This document shows positions 52,291-64,000 of a stretch of DNA of 64,000 nt, piece by piece. Origin of the DNA: Camelus dromedarius (taxonomy: Eukaryota). The notes below the pieces were generated by a model. The model ran no database searches. It saw nothing but the letters and a program-made list of their open reading frames with translations, and was not told the origin of the DNA. The position numbers and the translations under genes are program-made. Every line of letters starts with the position of its first letter. Position 1 is the stretch's first letter. Where the stretch lies: contig NC_087436.1 in NCBI RefSeq assembly GCF_036321535.1, positions 102,798,001-102,862,000 on the forward strand, given 5' to 3'.

Positions 52291-55200
52291 AGATATAATC
52301 ATTAACATTTGATTTTGAAATTAACCGAAGAGAAAGGCTGTGGAAAGGGATGTTCTTTATCATACCTACGTTTATTTACACTGCGTACAAGAGGGGCTTC
52401 ATACTAATGAGAACCACTTAGAGTAGAATTTAGGGTGTTGGAATTAGTGTGAGAGAGTTTAACCACAAGACCTGGAGATACTATGATACTGTCCACAGTA
52501 TGTTTTCTTGGAAAGAACTCCATGGTTGATATTATACTAAACAGATATAGGTTTCCATGCACTTCCTAGGTTGAAACATTTGCATTAGTTAGTGCTTTCA
52601 AAAACAGACCTGATCTTTTTGGTTTTTCTGTTGGAATAGACTTTTAGGGATTTCTGTTTTAGATCCAGTTCTATTTTTAGGACAAGTTAACACAACATCC
52701 TAGACATTCACCAAGTTGATGCTTTAATTTTGCATTTTTGTGTTTAACTGAACCCTGAGGTTAGGAAGATTAGATAGCTTTTGAGATCCCTAACCTGAGC
52801 CAGAACCAGTACTGGTTAGCATTGACCCATAACCAGACTGATACTGGTTAACATTAGTGACTTGTTGGTAGAACTAGTATTGTAGGTAATATTTAGTATG
52901 TGCATATGTGTGTAAGGGAGAGATTGGCCGAGTGACAGAAGAGTGATGCATGGGACACTGAATTAAAAGGACACTGGATGTCCCAAAGACACTGGATTAA
53001 AGATACTGCCTCTTCTAACAAGGAAATGCACCTTGAGATAGAGCCAACTCTGTAGGGTATTCATTCCTCAATGTCATGTACTTTAATTGATCCTCATCCT
53101 ACTGAAGCACGCCTCAGTGAGCATGTTTTGAAGACGGAGATGAAACAGAAAAAAATTAAGGAATAATAAAAAGGAGAGAAAATTTTTCTAAATTACTCCA
53201 TCTCCAACTTTCCTTTCAATTCCCTTTCCTTATTTTCCCCTAGAATTACACTCTTTAAATTTTAATGACGCCAACATTTCACCCCTCATGCAGGGATATA
53301 CTCTTAATGTGCTCAGAGTGCAGAATATCTTCTGCACATGAGCCCACCTAGCAAAACATCAGCCAAGACTGTAGTTTGTGAAATATCTATTTGTCTAAAA
53401 TGTACTTCATTCAAAGTTATAATATTCTTGTAAACTGGTCATGTCAAATTCTATTTGGGTAAACTGGCAATATCTAACACTAAATTGTCCAGAGACCTTT
53501 TTCATAAATATAATGAAGTTAGAGTCTTGCCTTGGTGAGTAAAAATTACATACACCGTAATCTACAGAACAAATTACAAGAAGTTTACATTACTTTATTT
53601 ATTCTATACCTGTTCAACAGTGTAGCTAATGTAACAGATTTATATTTATTACATATTTTTGCTGTATTTCTCTTGTCAATACTATATTGTTAATTTTTTT
53701 TCAATTTTTACCAGTAGAGACAGAAGCAGCTTATTAATACTAACTATTTCTAGATTTATTTGCAAATTTAGTAGACATGCTTGTGCTGGTGCCAGAGCTG
53801 TTCTATTTCTCAAAGAAAGCATTAAATTTTTGGACTGGAAGAAAGATGATCTCATCTTGTCAGTTATTAGATCCAAAAATACTCCACCTAAGTTTGTATT
53901 AGTAGATTTTGTTTTCTGAGGTATGTAAAATAAAAGATCAGAATACTTATTTTGCTGTTCAGCAGTATACAAATATCTGCATGTGATAATGGGGATGGTG
54001 GCATAGTTATGGGCTGATTATGACTACCTAAAGTATTGAATTATCTTAATATGTGAATCTACTGAAATTGCATAAAACATATAATCATTCTAGATGCGTG
54101 AGGTCAACATCAAAGTATAGTAGTTGCATGCAGATATGTGTGTGTGTATCTATGTGTATATACAAAGAGGAAAGTGTTGAGAAGAGAGAGAAAAGATACA
54201 AACATTTAAAATATGAGAGATGTTCTCATAAAGTGCCTTGTTTTTTTTTTTTTTTTTTAAATGAGTACACATTCTCTGAGGGAGTAAAATACTAGACAAG
54301 GGTCCCTAATAACAGCCTGTGTCTGATTGACACAATTTTGGACTTAATGAAAATGAGGATGGAGGGGAAGAGAGAGAAAGGAAGAGAGGGGGTGCTGGGA
54401 GCTGTGGGGAATTTAATCATGGTTGCAAAATTATACTTTGCATAAGTATCTTTATTATACGCTATGTCCTATTGCTTTCAGGGCTTTATAAGTGTACAAA
54501 CTTTATTTTATAGGTGATTTAAGACATTTTTAAGGATAATTTTTATTAAGTGATATTCTTATTTTAAATTCTGTATAGACAATGTTTTTTCAAAAATTAT
54601 GTTAATTCACTTTATGAAATTGTCTTCTAGATCGAATAATTTAATCAAAATTATGCCTTTGAAAAAAATTTTCAATTACACCTGCATGCAGTAGCAATAG
54701 GATTATATTGATCATTTTTCTAATTATTTAGGTCACAATGTAAAACAATGCATCATCTCAGAGACATTAAAGGAATTAAAACCCATATTTTGGAAAATTG
54801 TGGACTAACTGACCTATATTTAGCTACGTTTAGATGTATATTTTGTTTCTTTCTTGCCCTTTTCCTTTCATTCCTTTTCCCTTCTCATCCCACTAATCAG
54901 GTCTTTTCTCAAAATAGTCCTTGAACAGAATCGCTTGAGATAATTGTTAATTTGCAAATTCCATCTACTTTTACTAGATTATAATCTTTAGGGATGTGGA
55001 TTTTGATATTTTAATATAAATTCCTCCAATTACATTTATACAGAAAAAGGTTTTAACACATCATTCTTAGTAGATATTAATGGTACCAATTCAGTTATTT
55101 ACACTAAGAGGTTAAGAACAAAAAGGAGAAAGAGAGAAAAGTAAGGAAAGAAAAGAAAAGAAGAAAGGAAGAAAGAAAAAGAAAAAAATAATTGTAATAG

Positions 55201-55829
55201 TTTGTACCTTTGCCCCTCTGGCTATTGTTTTCATTTTACCATAAGGCGGCTAGAAATGAAAACAAAATAAAACAAAACAAAAAACAGACATAGGCTTTCT
55301 TTTTGTGTACTTTAGTATCTTACAAAGTAGGCCCAAATTATTATTGCTGGCAGATTTAGACATTCTTGCTAAAATAATTTTTGATTGATAGAATGACAGG
55401 TAAGTCAATTTCTTTCTAATAAGATTTGTATAGCATCATCTATTTTTTATAATTCTAAAGACTTTGTAAGATATCAATTAATGTTCAAGTTCCACTAGTA
55501 AATTAATTAGGATATAGTTAAAATCTGCCACAGATTGCAAAACAAACACATCAAGTAGTTCATGACTATCCACCTGTTATAAAAAAGAAATTGTCATTTA
55601 GTTCAAGAGAATTGACATATTAATTAGTATTAATTTAGTAGTTCTTTTGTGGTTCAATAATTAACTTAGCATGAACCATATTATATCCAATAAACAGAAA
55701 TTACATAGTTTTCATACTATTTCTTCTTTTACTGATTCTCACTCTTCCATTTCCTTTCCAACTATTAATTTATAGATTGTAAACCAAATCAAGATCAGAT
55801 TGTCTTCTAAATCCTGCCATAACTCTGTA

Positions 55830-56830
55830 TGGTGTAGAATGGTATAAATAGCACCTAAAAGTATCCCAATTTAGATTTGCTTTAAAGATGAGTAAATTCA
55901 TCGTTTCACGTAAGTGGATCCCAGACACAGTGATGTTTCCAGGATAGCTTGACTGAGTAGCTCATCACTTTCAAGGACCCAGGCCTTTTCCATTTTCAGC
56001 ACTGAAGTCCCCTAGGTTAGATTCATCTTAAAGCTTGTTTCTCTCTTAATTGCAAAATAGCTGCTTGTATCCCTCAATGCTACAGCCTTTCTTATCCATT
56101 GTGCAATGTTAAAGATGGCCACAAACAATTTGACACTCTTTTCATCTCAAAATGAAGTCTATGCATTCTCCTCTTGAATCTAAGTGGGCTCTCTGACTAA
56201 TTTAGAAATGGAATATGGCAGAAGTGAATGTGTCTGTTTCCAGGTCAAGACCTTAGAAGACTGGTAGTTTTGACCTCCTCTCTCTTTGAACACTTGCTTT
56301 TGAAGTCCAGTGCCCATATTGCGAAGAGCAATGAAGATCCCCAGCTGAGCTCCCCAGGGAGCAGCCAGTACCATCCTGTGATCCATGTATGAACTGTCTT
56401 AGAGGTGAATCCACCATCCCTACTCCAGCTGCCAGGCTGATGCTGCACAGAGCAGTGACAAGCCATCCCCATCTAGCTCAGCCCAAACTGCAGATTTATG
56501 AACAAATTAAATGACTGTTGTTTCGATCACTAAGTTTGGGGAATGTTTGTGATACAGCAATAGATAATCACAACAGCCCTATATTCCAGCCCTATATTCC
56601 AGACATAAGGAAATATAAGTCCTTGCCTTCTTTGTGATGGGACCAACGTAATGCCAGCACTTACCCCAGGAGTCACTGGGTGAATTCTAAAGCTGCCTTT
56701 GCCTAAACTAAGTTTGTCACGAAAGTGGAAATGAGGCCAATTTCTACAGATGCACCAGGTACATGGAGCAGGGCTGGGATCATAAAGGAGGGAAGAACAC
56801 AAATCCTGGGAGAACAATCTGTAGTGTCCA
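55830..56830 (-). mobile_element. old MaLR LTR (MLT1J/K-like) split by a younger MLT1
   Basis: tcaaggacccaggccttttccattt...ttgcaaaatagctgct before 56100; LTR-like sequence resumes after 56575. Confidence 0.5.
56100..56575 (+). mobile_element. MaLR solo LTR (MLT1G/H-like)
   Basis: TG...aaagatggccacaaa...tggcagaagtga...gcccaaactgcagatttatgaacaaattaaatgactgttg...cactaagtttgggg...cagcaatagataatcacaaCA. Confidence 0.9.
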
Positions 56831-58174
56831 CTGCTGTCTATAAACTCTCCTTAGGAAGAGAGAGATCTCAAATAATGTTATTTAGACAGAGAATTTGAAA
56901 CTCTTACTAATGTCCTTAAATACTTAAGTTTGTAAATGTCATAAAGGTAAGGAGGGATGAACGGAGCAGATGCTGATTCATAAAACATCATATTAAAATT
57001 GAGACTCCATGATTTGGGACGCTTATTCTAAGAGAATAGATCAGATTAAGGTGATTCAGAAATTCTACTGGCCTCCTCTATTCTGCTTTATTTAAGAGTC
57101 ATATATATTAAAAAAAAAAAAAGACTACAGATACTTAGTGAATTATAAAAAGAAAAAAAATGACATGTAGCAAATCAACTATCTAGGTAAATACAAATTA
57201 TTTATTAAAGCTTAGTGAAATGAGAAATTCCTGAACCTTGAACAAAAGAGCTGACTCACAAGTGAAATTCGAGAACATTCCTTCCACAAGGCAGGTATCT
57301 TGTACTCAGTATACATGCTTTCCTGGTACTCCAAGGGTAGACCATAAACCGTGAGGTGGTCCAGTTCCCAAGCAAGAACATGAACGTAGCAATTCACTTT
57401 CTATGTGAATTGCTTAGAAAAGTGGCTTAATTTTTTATCTTTCTTTATTTAGTAATGATTTATTGAGCACTTATGCTCTATCTGTAAAATGAAAATAATC
57501 TTATTTTTAAATTGCTGTAAAGATTATATGACATCCTGTTTGTCAAGAAAAAAAAGAAAAGAAAGAAAAAAAGCACCTTTAACAACGTTTGATTATAAAT
57601 CATGTGTTTTAAATTTTCACACACCTATAGTTGGAGAAGACTCAAAAGCAGAATACTGAGTGCATATCCAAGACTTACAAAACGATTTAACTGGTAGCAA
57701 ACACAGGATGATCAAGGCAGAAGAGAGTCCACATACTCAATATCCTGTGGAATGATACATGATCTGCTGGAATCACTTCTCTACACAATACAGGGATTTG
57801 AAGCACCATGGTTTATCATTCATATAAGAAAAAGGGAACTGCAAATACAACAGGACAAATTGCCATGCCTCGAACCCTAAGGGGCTATAACTGTTTTAGA
57901 CTATAGCAAAAATTTTATTGAATCATGTATTTTTAAAAAATGGAAAGTCAACTAAAACTTGGAAATAGTTTCTAATTCTATGATTTCAACCACATTGTGG
58001 GGATAGAGAAACAGCTAGAAACTAGTCTCTTGAAAAGAATTTTATAAAGGTTTTATTTTTGAAATTATTGTCAGCTCTTTTATAAATAACTTGAGTTCTT
58101 AGAATTGGCAGTAAATGGGGATAAAGTTTTACACTTTAGAAGACAGTTGTTTCTCCTTCATTGTGCTCTTTCTT

Positions 58175-58773
58175 TTTTTTAATTGAAGTATAGTCAGTTT
58201 ACAATGCCTCAGTTATTTCTGGTGTACAGCATAATGTTTCAGTCACACATTTACATACATATATTGATTTTCATATTCTTTTTCATTATAGGTTACTACA
58301 AGATATTGAATATAGTTCCCTGTACTATACAGAAGAAACTTTTTATTTATCTATTTTATATATATAGTTAATATTTGCAAATCTTGAACTCCCAATTTAT
58401 CCCTTCCCATCCCCTTTTCCCTCTCAGTAACCATAGAACTGTTTACTATGTCTGTGAGTCTGTTTCTGTTTTATAGATTAGTGTCTTCTTTTTTCTTTTT
58501 TCAGATGCCACATATAAGTGATATCATATGGTGTTTTTCATTCTCCTTCTGGCTTACTTCACATTGGATGACAATCTTCAGGTCTATCCGTGAACTCTAA
58601 TTCAAAAAGATGCACGCACGCCAATCTTAATAGCAGCACTACATACAATAACCAAGACATGGAAATAACTTAAATGTCCATCAACAGATGATTAGATAAA
58701 GAGCTGTGGTATATTTATACAACGGAATACTACTCAGCCATAAAAAAGAATAAAATAATGCCATTTGCAGCAA
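58175..58773 (-). mobile_element. L1 with 5' inversion (twin priming) and 16-bp TSD
   Basis: 58175-58592 is antisense 3'UTR; 58593-58773 is sense ORF2 end (TLIQKD...KTWK*LKCPSTDD...[17 protein letters not shown]); TSD cattgtgctctttctt 58159-58174 / cattgtgctttttctt 58774-58789. Confidence 0.95.
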
Positions 58774-60447
58774 CATTGTGCTTTTTCTTAAAGGATGTTG
58801 ATAAACTGTGATCTTTTCATGTATCCATTTATTCATTTTTACAGTTACTTATGAACATGACACTAGGTGACGAAGAACTTTTGTTAATAAGAAATCAATT
58901 TATCTTCTTAGCTTTTTAGGGCCTAAGGAAGATGATTTTAACTAGTTTTCCATAATGGACTTGAGTAGAGTGACTTGATAGTCCACATCTGCCTCACTTC
59001 TGTCTGGATTATAATCTTCCTTGATTTCACACTTAATTTAATCTGAATAAACACTGTACATAGTTTTAACTAGCATTAGAGTTATTATACAGACAGCAGA
59101 AACATACATATATGTGCATACAATTTTTTTTCATCTTTGCTGAAAAAAAAGTATAGAGATCATTTTAAGCAACTCTGTGTGATAGCCTGAAAACTTTTTC
59201 AAGGTATATTTAGTTGCACTTGACAATAACTACGTTTTTTTTGTTTTTTTTTTTTTTGACAACTGAGAAAGAAAGGCTTTGACCTCCCAGAGAATCTTTT
59301 CTTGAAGGCTTGCTGCAATTTTTCACTCTTGGGTCACTTATATTACAGCAAGAGCAAGTGGCTTTGAAGTGCTGTGATGGGAGGAAAAAAGGTTAATTTT
59401 CCCAAAATGGAAATCTCCAGTGGTCCCAGGAATAATTGAGAGGCTACAGGAGTAAGTGATTCCAATGAAAAGATTACCCAGAATGTTAAATGAGAGTTTT
59501 GACAGGTTTATTTGTGGCCATGTGTACTTGCAACTAAGGTATAAATGAACTGAAGAAAAATGTGTATCCTAAATTGATTGCAGTGTGCTGTTAATAATCT
59601 GACTCTTCAGATTGTATACAGAGGGCTTAACCAACACTGTTCCCAAAAGAAGTAACTATTCCAAAGAGATCCTTTCATCAGTCAGTCAGTTAATTTTTCT
59701 CTCTAGGCCCAAGTAAATATCTGAAGTAATTACTGGTTATCATTTTCACTGAAAGGAATACACAGATTTTCTGATTTTATACATTAGTTTTCCATGCATT
59801 TCAGTAGAAGGAATCAGCCACTGTAAGCTATATAGCTTCTGGATATACAATCAATTTTTAAATTTCTAAACTGAGAACATGACTTGAAATGATCTCGCAA
59901 CATTAAAATACGGCTTCTATTGAGAGATCCTCTGGAAAACCATGGTGATCTTCTAAACACTAAAGCTTCAAGCCTGCTTTTCCCATGAGCACTGGTTTAA
60001 TGAAGACTCCAATTAAACAAAATAAGCAAAAAAAAAAAAAGTGAGTCCACTTGCAAGGCAAGGATGACAAAATGTTTTATTGTATTTAGATAAATTATGA
60101 GGTTGATTCCAGGACTATTAGTAAAGAATTTCATTTCTGCCATCATTAGGGGATGGACTAGGGGATTTATCAGATTTTATGCTATTATTGCATTACAAAT
60201 ATTACCTCTTATTTTTCAACCAAGCAAATTATAGAAATACAAATGGGATGTAAGATACATATATAAAATTTTGACAGTTGTATAACTTAACAACACAGAC
60301 AGAAGATACACTACTAAATCTTACTGAATGTGACTGAAGGAGGGCTGGTCTGCCTTGTAACTACCTTTAAAGTTGCATGGTACTTAGCAGTGTTGTATCT
60401 TCAGGGAATTTATTTTGGTAACAACTCCTAATTAGCATATCAATATT

Positions 60448-60590
60448 AAATTTTTTTATTTTAATTTTTTTTGGGGGAGACATAATTAGGTTTACTTATT
60501 TATTTATTTTTAGAGGAGGTACTGGGGATTGAAACCAGGACCTTGTGTGTGCTAAGCATGTGCTCTACCAGTTGAGCTACACCCTCCCCC
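60448..60590 (-). mobile_element. tRNA-Ala-derived SINE (vic-1 type)
   Basis: Minus strand GGGGGAGGGTGTAGCTCAACTGGTAGAGCACATGCTTAGCAC...GGTTTCAATCCCCAGTACCTCC keeps the AGC anticodon loop CTTAGCA; perfect 16-bp TSD ttagcatatcaatatt at 60432-60447 and 60591-60606. Confidence 0.96.
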
Positions 60591-61519
60591 TTAGCATATC
60601 AATATTGTTGCATGAACATAGTTGCTTGCAAATTATTTTTATGTCACTCAAAACGGTTGGTTTTGCTAAATATTTTAAATAATCATCCCGTATATTATTT
60701 GTAAAACTGCTTTGCTTTATTTATAAGTTGTTTTATAAGTAAGAATAAACTTCTAACGAGCTCTCATTTACATTTTCATACATTTAGAATAGTGTAATCT
60801 GAAATGAATAAAGTTTAACTGTAGCATCTCAAGTGAAAAAAGTAAACTAGTCACAAAGGAAGAATTTAATACATGAGAATTTTGCTGAAGAATTATTATA
60901 AGAATGCTGTTTTAGTAATGAACTTATAAATAATGTATGAGAGGTACTTATCCAGAACCTATGTAATGAATCTTCTCCACAGAGATACATATAATGTAAT
61001 AATTGTCATTTATGATAATTAAAAAGGTTAAAACTAGTTAAATTTTCAAATACACTAAGTAGAAATAAGAAAAATTATCACATAAACAAAAATATAAGTT
61101 TTATAAAATACAGGAATATGCAATTTGTTTCCAAGTATCTTTAAGAACATTAAAAGAATATTCATAATTGATATGTTAAGTTAATGATGTATCCTTATTT
61201 ATTTATTAAGTGACTCTCAAGTTTAATCTTTTATAAATAATAAACTTATTAATCTTGTTCTGTTTACAGGGCTTGGTACATTGAGTCAAAATGGTGGTTT
61301 TCTTTTAAATTAAGAAAACCATATCTGTCTTTAATTTGAGGGCCTTTTCAATTTGCCTTAATATATAAAATATGAATTTATTGGCCTATAAAACTTTATA
61401 TATTTTTAAATGAGTACATTTAAATCTTTTCATGCATCTTTCTATGATAAAGTTATGACCTATATTTCAAATATTTAATTATAATCTTTGTTATAAAATT
61501 ATTGGTGTCTTCAAATTTT

Positions 61520-61715
61520 AGAAGATTTCTCACATGCTGTTTGTCACTGATAAAAGACCCTAGAAGATGAAGTGAGCATATGTTATTATTCTCATTTTTA
61601 TTTGGAGAACATTGAAACTATGAAAGAACATGCAGTTTATCCAAGGTGATTTGGTCAATCTTAGAGACACTAGCAATGATTTGACTCTCATTCTGCTGCT
61701 TTCTCCACAACATTA
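61520..61715 (-). mobile_element. MIR SINE (decayed)
   Basis: ttattattctcatttttatttggagaacattgaaact...tttatccaaggt. Confidence 0.6.
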
Positions 61716-63269
61716 AAGAATCCCATGAAATAACGTGATACAATGCAATAAAATATGATGCTGATTAATTTGGCATAATACAAAGAATGCCTCAAGTTCA
61801 CAGAATATTAATCTAAAAGGGAAAAAGTAATGATATATATTTAATGTGTCAACTAAAATTAAAAAGACAACCCATGTGTAGCTTAATTGTAACTTTGCCT
61901 CTGTGCTGCAATCTGGGTGTTTTTTTTTTTTGAACATTTGAAATGTGATTTAGCAGGGAAGAAGTGGCTTCTATGTCATTTTACATCAGTTGAAATGGTA
62001 AAGAAAGGCAATTATTAGCTATTTTAAAAGGAGAAAGTCTTTTTGTAGTTTTCCCGCATTAGTTGTTAGAGGGATAAATTTGAATGACCATTTTTTAGTT
62101 GTTGTTCATAATAATTAGATAATATTATAGACAATAATTCTTATTCATAACAAGTAATTGGCGTTTTGTTCCCTCAATCATTTTTATGAATCTTCATAGC
62201 AAAGACATTACCCTCTTCCTAACAACGGCAGAGGAAATACAATGGCTCAGTGAAAACCCAGGCTGGGCTCTAAAAACCACAGCCAAACTAATCCCAGAGG
62301 TTAGGTCCCAGTCTTTAGAACTGTTCCCAGTCTAGACACTCACAATTCATTAAAATGATTTTGTTCCTCAGTTGAAAACACAACAGGAGAAAAGAATCAA
62401 GGAGAAGAGAATTCTCTAACTCAGTCTTAAAATAATTACACAGAAAATTAGCCTCATCCCTTTAAACTACTATTTTAAAAAACAAAAAAGGGAGGGGGAA
62501 ATGACCCAGGCCATTTCCCTTCTACTAGCTACATGGGTAATACAAAACCTTGAAGAAGAATACTATGCTTTGGCTTAAAAGTCATATATTATTCTCCACT
62601 GATTAAGAAATGAATAAAATTACATGCAAAGCAGCCTTTACACATTGCAGTTAAGAACTTTCTCACTCCAGCCCAACAGAGGTTATTTTCTTCCTAAACT
62701 CCCCAAGCAAGATTTCACTTTGTATAAAGTTGCTGAATCTCTTCCCATCAACTTAAACTAAAGACACATCCCAGAATCTGGACTTACAAATCAAACTCTG
62801 ATGATAACATAACATGGATAGGATATGGCAAGAGAGGTTATGAAGATAGGCTCTTAAAAAGCATTAAAAGAAAAAGCAGGTAGAGTTGACTTAACTATTT
62901 GCAACATTGAGGCAAGTTCCAAGTTTCTCTTTTTGACTATAGTAAGTGATTCCTTTCCGTAACATCTAGCAGTGAGTACACTGAATTTGCTGAAGGGATG
63001 AGAAATGGAATTTCTTAACTTTCAGCTACAGTTAAGCAAGAGACACCTTGCTGTCCTAGCCATTTTGTCTTCTTTTTATGAAAGGCAAAAAAAAAAAAAA
63101 AAAAATTAAAAAGTGATTCATCCTGTGGGCTTTAGCATCAGAAGGAGTTGAATGTAAGTCCCTGCTTTATCTGAGTAACTTAGAGCATTTTAATCTAAGA
63201 CTCTTCCTCTCCTTCCTTCCTCCTTCCCCCTTTCCTCTCTTCTTCTTTTTTTTTCAACTTATATAAGTA

Positions 63270-64000
63270 TGTAAGATTTATTATAATTAATAAACCAGTA
63301 TACATACATTATGATTGCCTAATGTCCTTTCTCTGTTTCAGGATTCCATCCAGAATACATCACATTTGGTCGTGTGTTGCTCCTCTAGGCTGTATCAGTT
63401 TCACAGACTTGTTTTTAAGGACCTTGACTATTTGGGTAGGACTGGTTAGGGATTTTGTAGAAGATTACCTCAACTAAAATGTATATAATGTTTATCTCAT
63501 TATTAGACCGAGTTAATGGGTTTTGGGGAGGATGACTACAGATATAAATCATTTTTACCACATCACACCAAGGATACAGACTATCAACCTGAGGCGAACC
63601 TGGACCATCTGACTGTGGTCCTGTCTGCCAGATTTCATCACTGAAAGTTACTCCTCACCCACCTCCCACTCCATATTGTCCTCTTTTGAAGGAAGTCACT
63701 CTGCACAACATACACTTAAGATACAGGGAGTTCTGGTCCATCTCTCGAGGGAGGTATAGCTACTTAAACTATTGGAATTTTTCTTCACACATATTTCTTT
63801 TCTTTCCCATGTGTTTACTTTGATAAGTATTTATTCATATCAGAGTGACTCAGGGACATTGACTTCATACTTTGTGGTATAATTCAATAGTATTTGATTT
63901 ATTGTGCAATTCAAATTTCCCAGCTGTGGCCACTGGAACTTTTCTGTTGATTCAAGTGCCCTTTTGACATACCCTCAACAGTGCAGGCATTTTGTTATTG
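63270..64000 (-). mobile_element. old L1 3'UTR (L1MC-like), running off the window end
   Basis: cctaatgtcctttctctgtttcaggattccatccagaatac...gaccttgac...aggactggttagggattttgtagaa...atgggttttggggaggatgactacaga...tgtctgccagatttc. Confidence 0.85.

Noticed and set aside
53659..53972. Overlapping ORFs on both strands, or a possible U6-like fragment
   Set aside because: No recognisable protein and no real match to U6; the surroundings look like decayed old L1 sequence.
60515..60590. tRNA-Ala(AGC) gene
   Set aside because: The stems are mutated, and the SINE-specific tail and 16-bp TSD show it is a retroposed SINE. The same applies to the other two copies.

Overview
AT-rich, repeat-dense mammalian non-coding DNA (intronic or intergenic), most likely from a camelid. 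Three tRNA-Ala-derived SINEs of the vic-1 type and several related, relatively young 5'-truncated L1 copies sit on a background of ancient eutherian repeats (MIR, L2, MaLR MLT1, LTR16, hAT MITEs, old L1M). I recognise no cellular protein-coding gene, rRNA, functional tRNA or CRISPR array. The only ORF in the track with clear homology is an L1 ORF2 C-terminal fragment (6246-6626, minus strand). I did not find a convincing previously undescribed biological system. The best-supported unusual features are retrotransposition and mutation footprints: a twin-primed, inverted L1 with target-site duplication (TSD); an ancient L1 whose ORF1 flips orientation and hosts two nested insertions; and a 58-bp tandem duplication with reciprocal CpG decay. 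There are also several unverified candidate non-coding exons and enhancer- or CTCF-like segments. Repeat subfamily names come from memory of consensus motifs, and the boundaries of old repeats are approximate.
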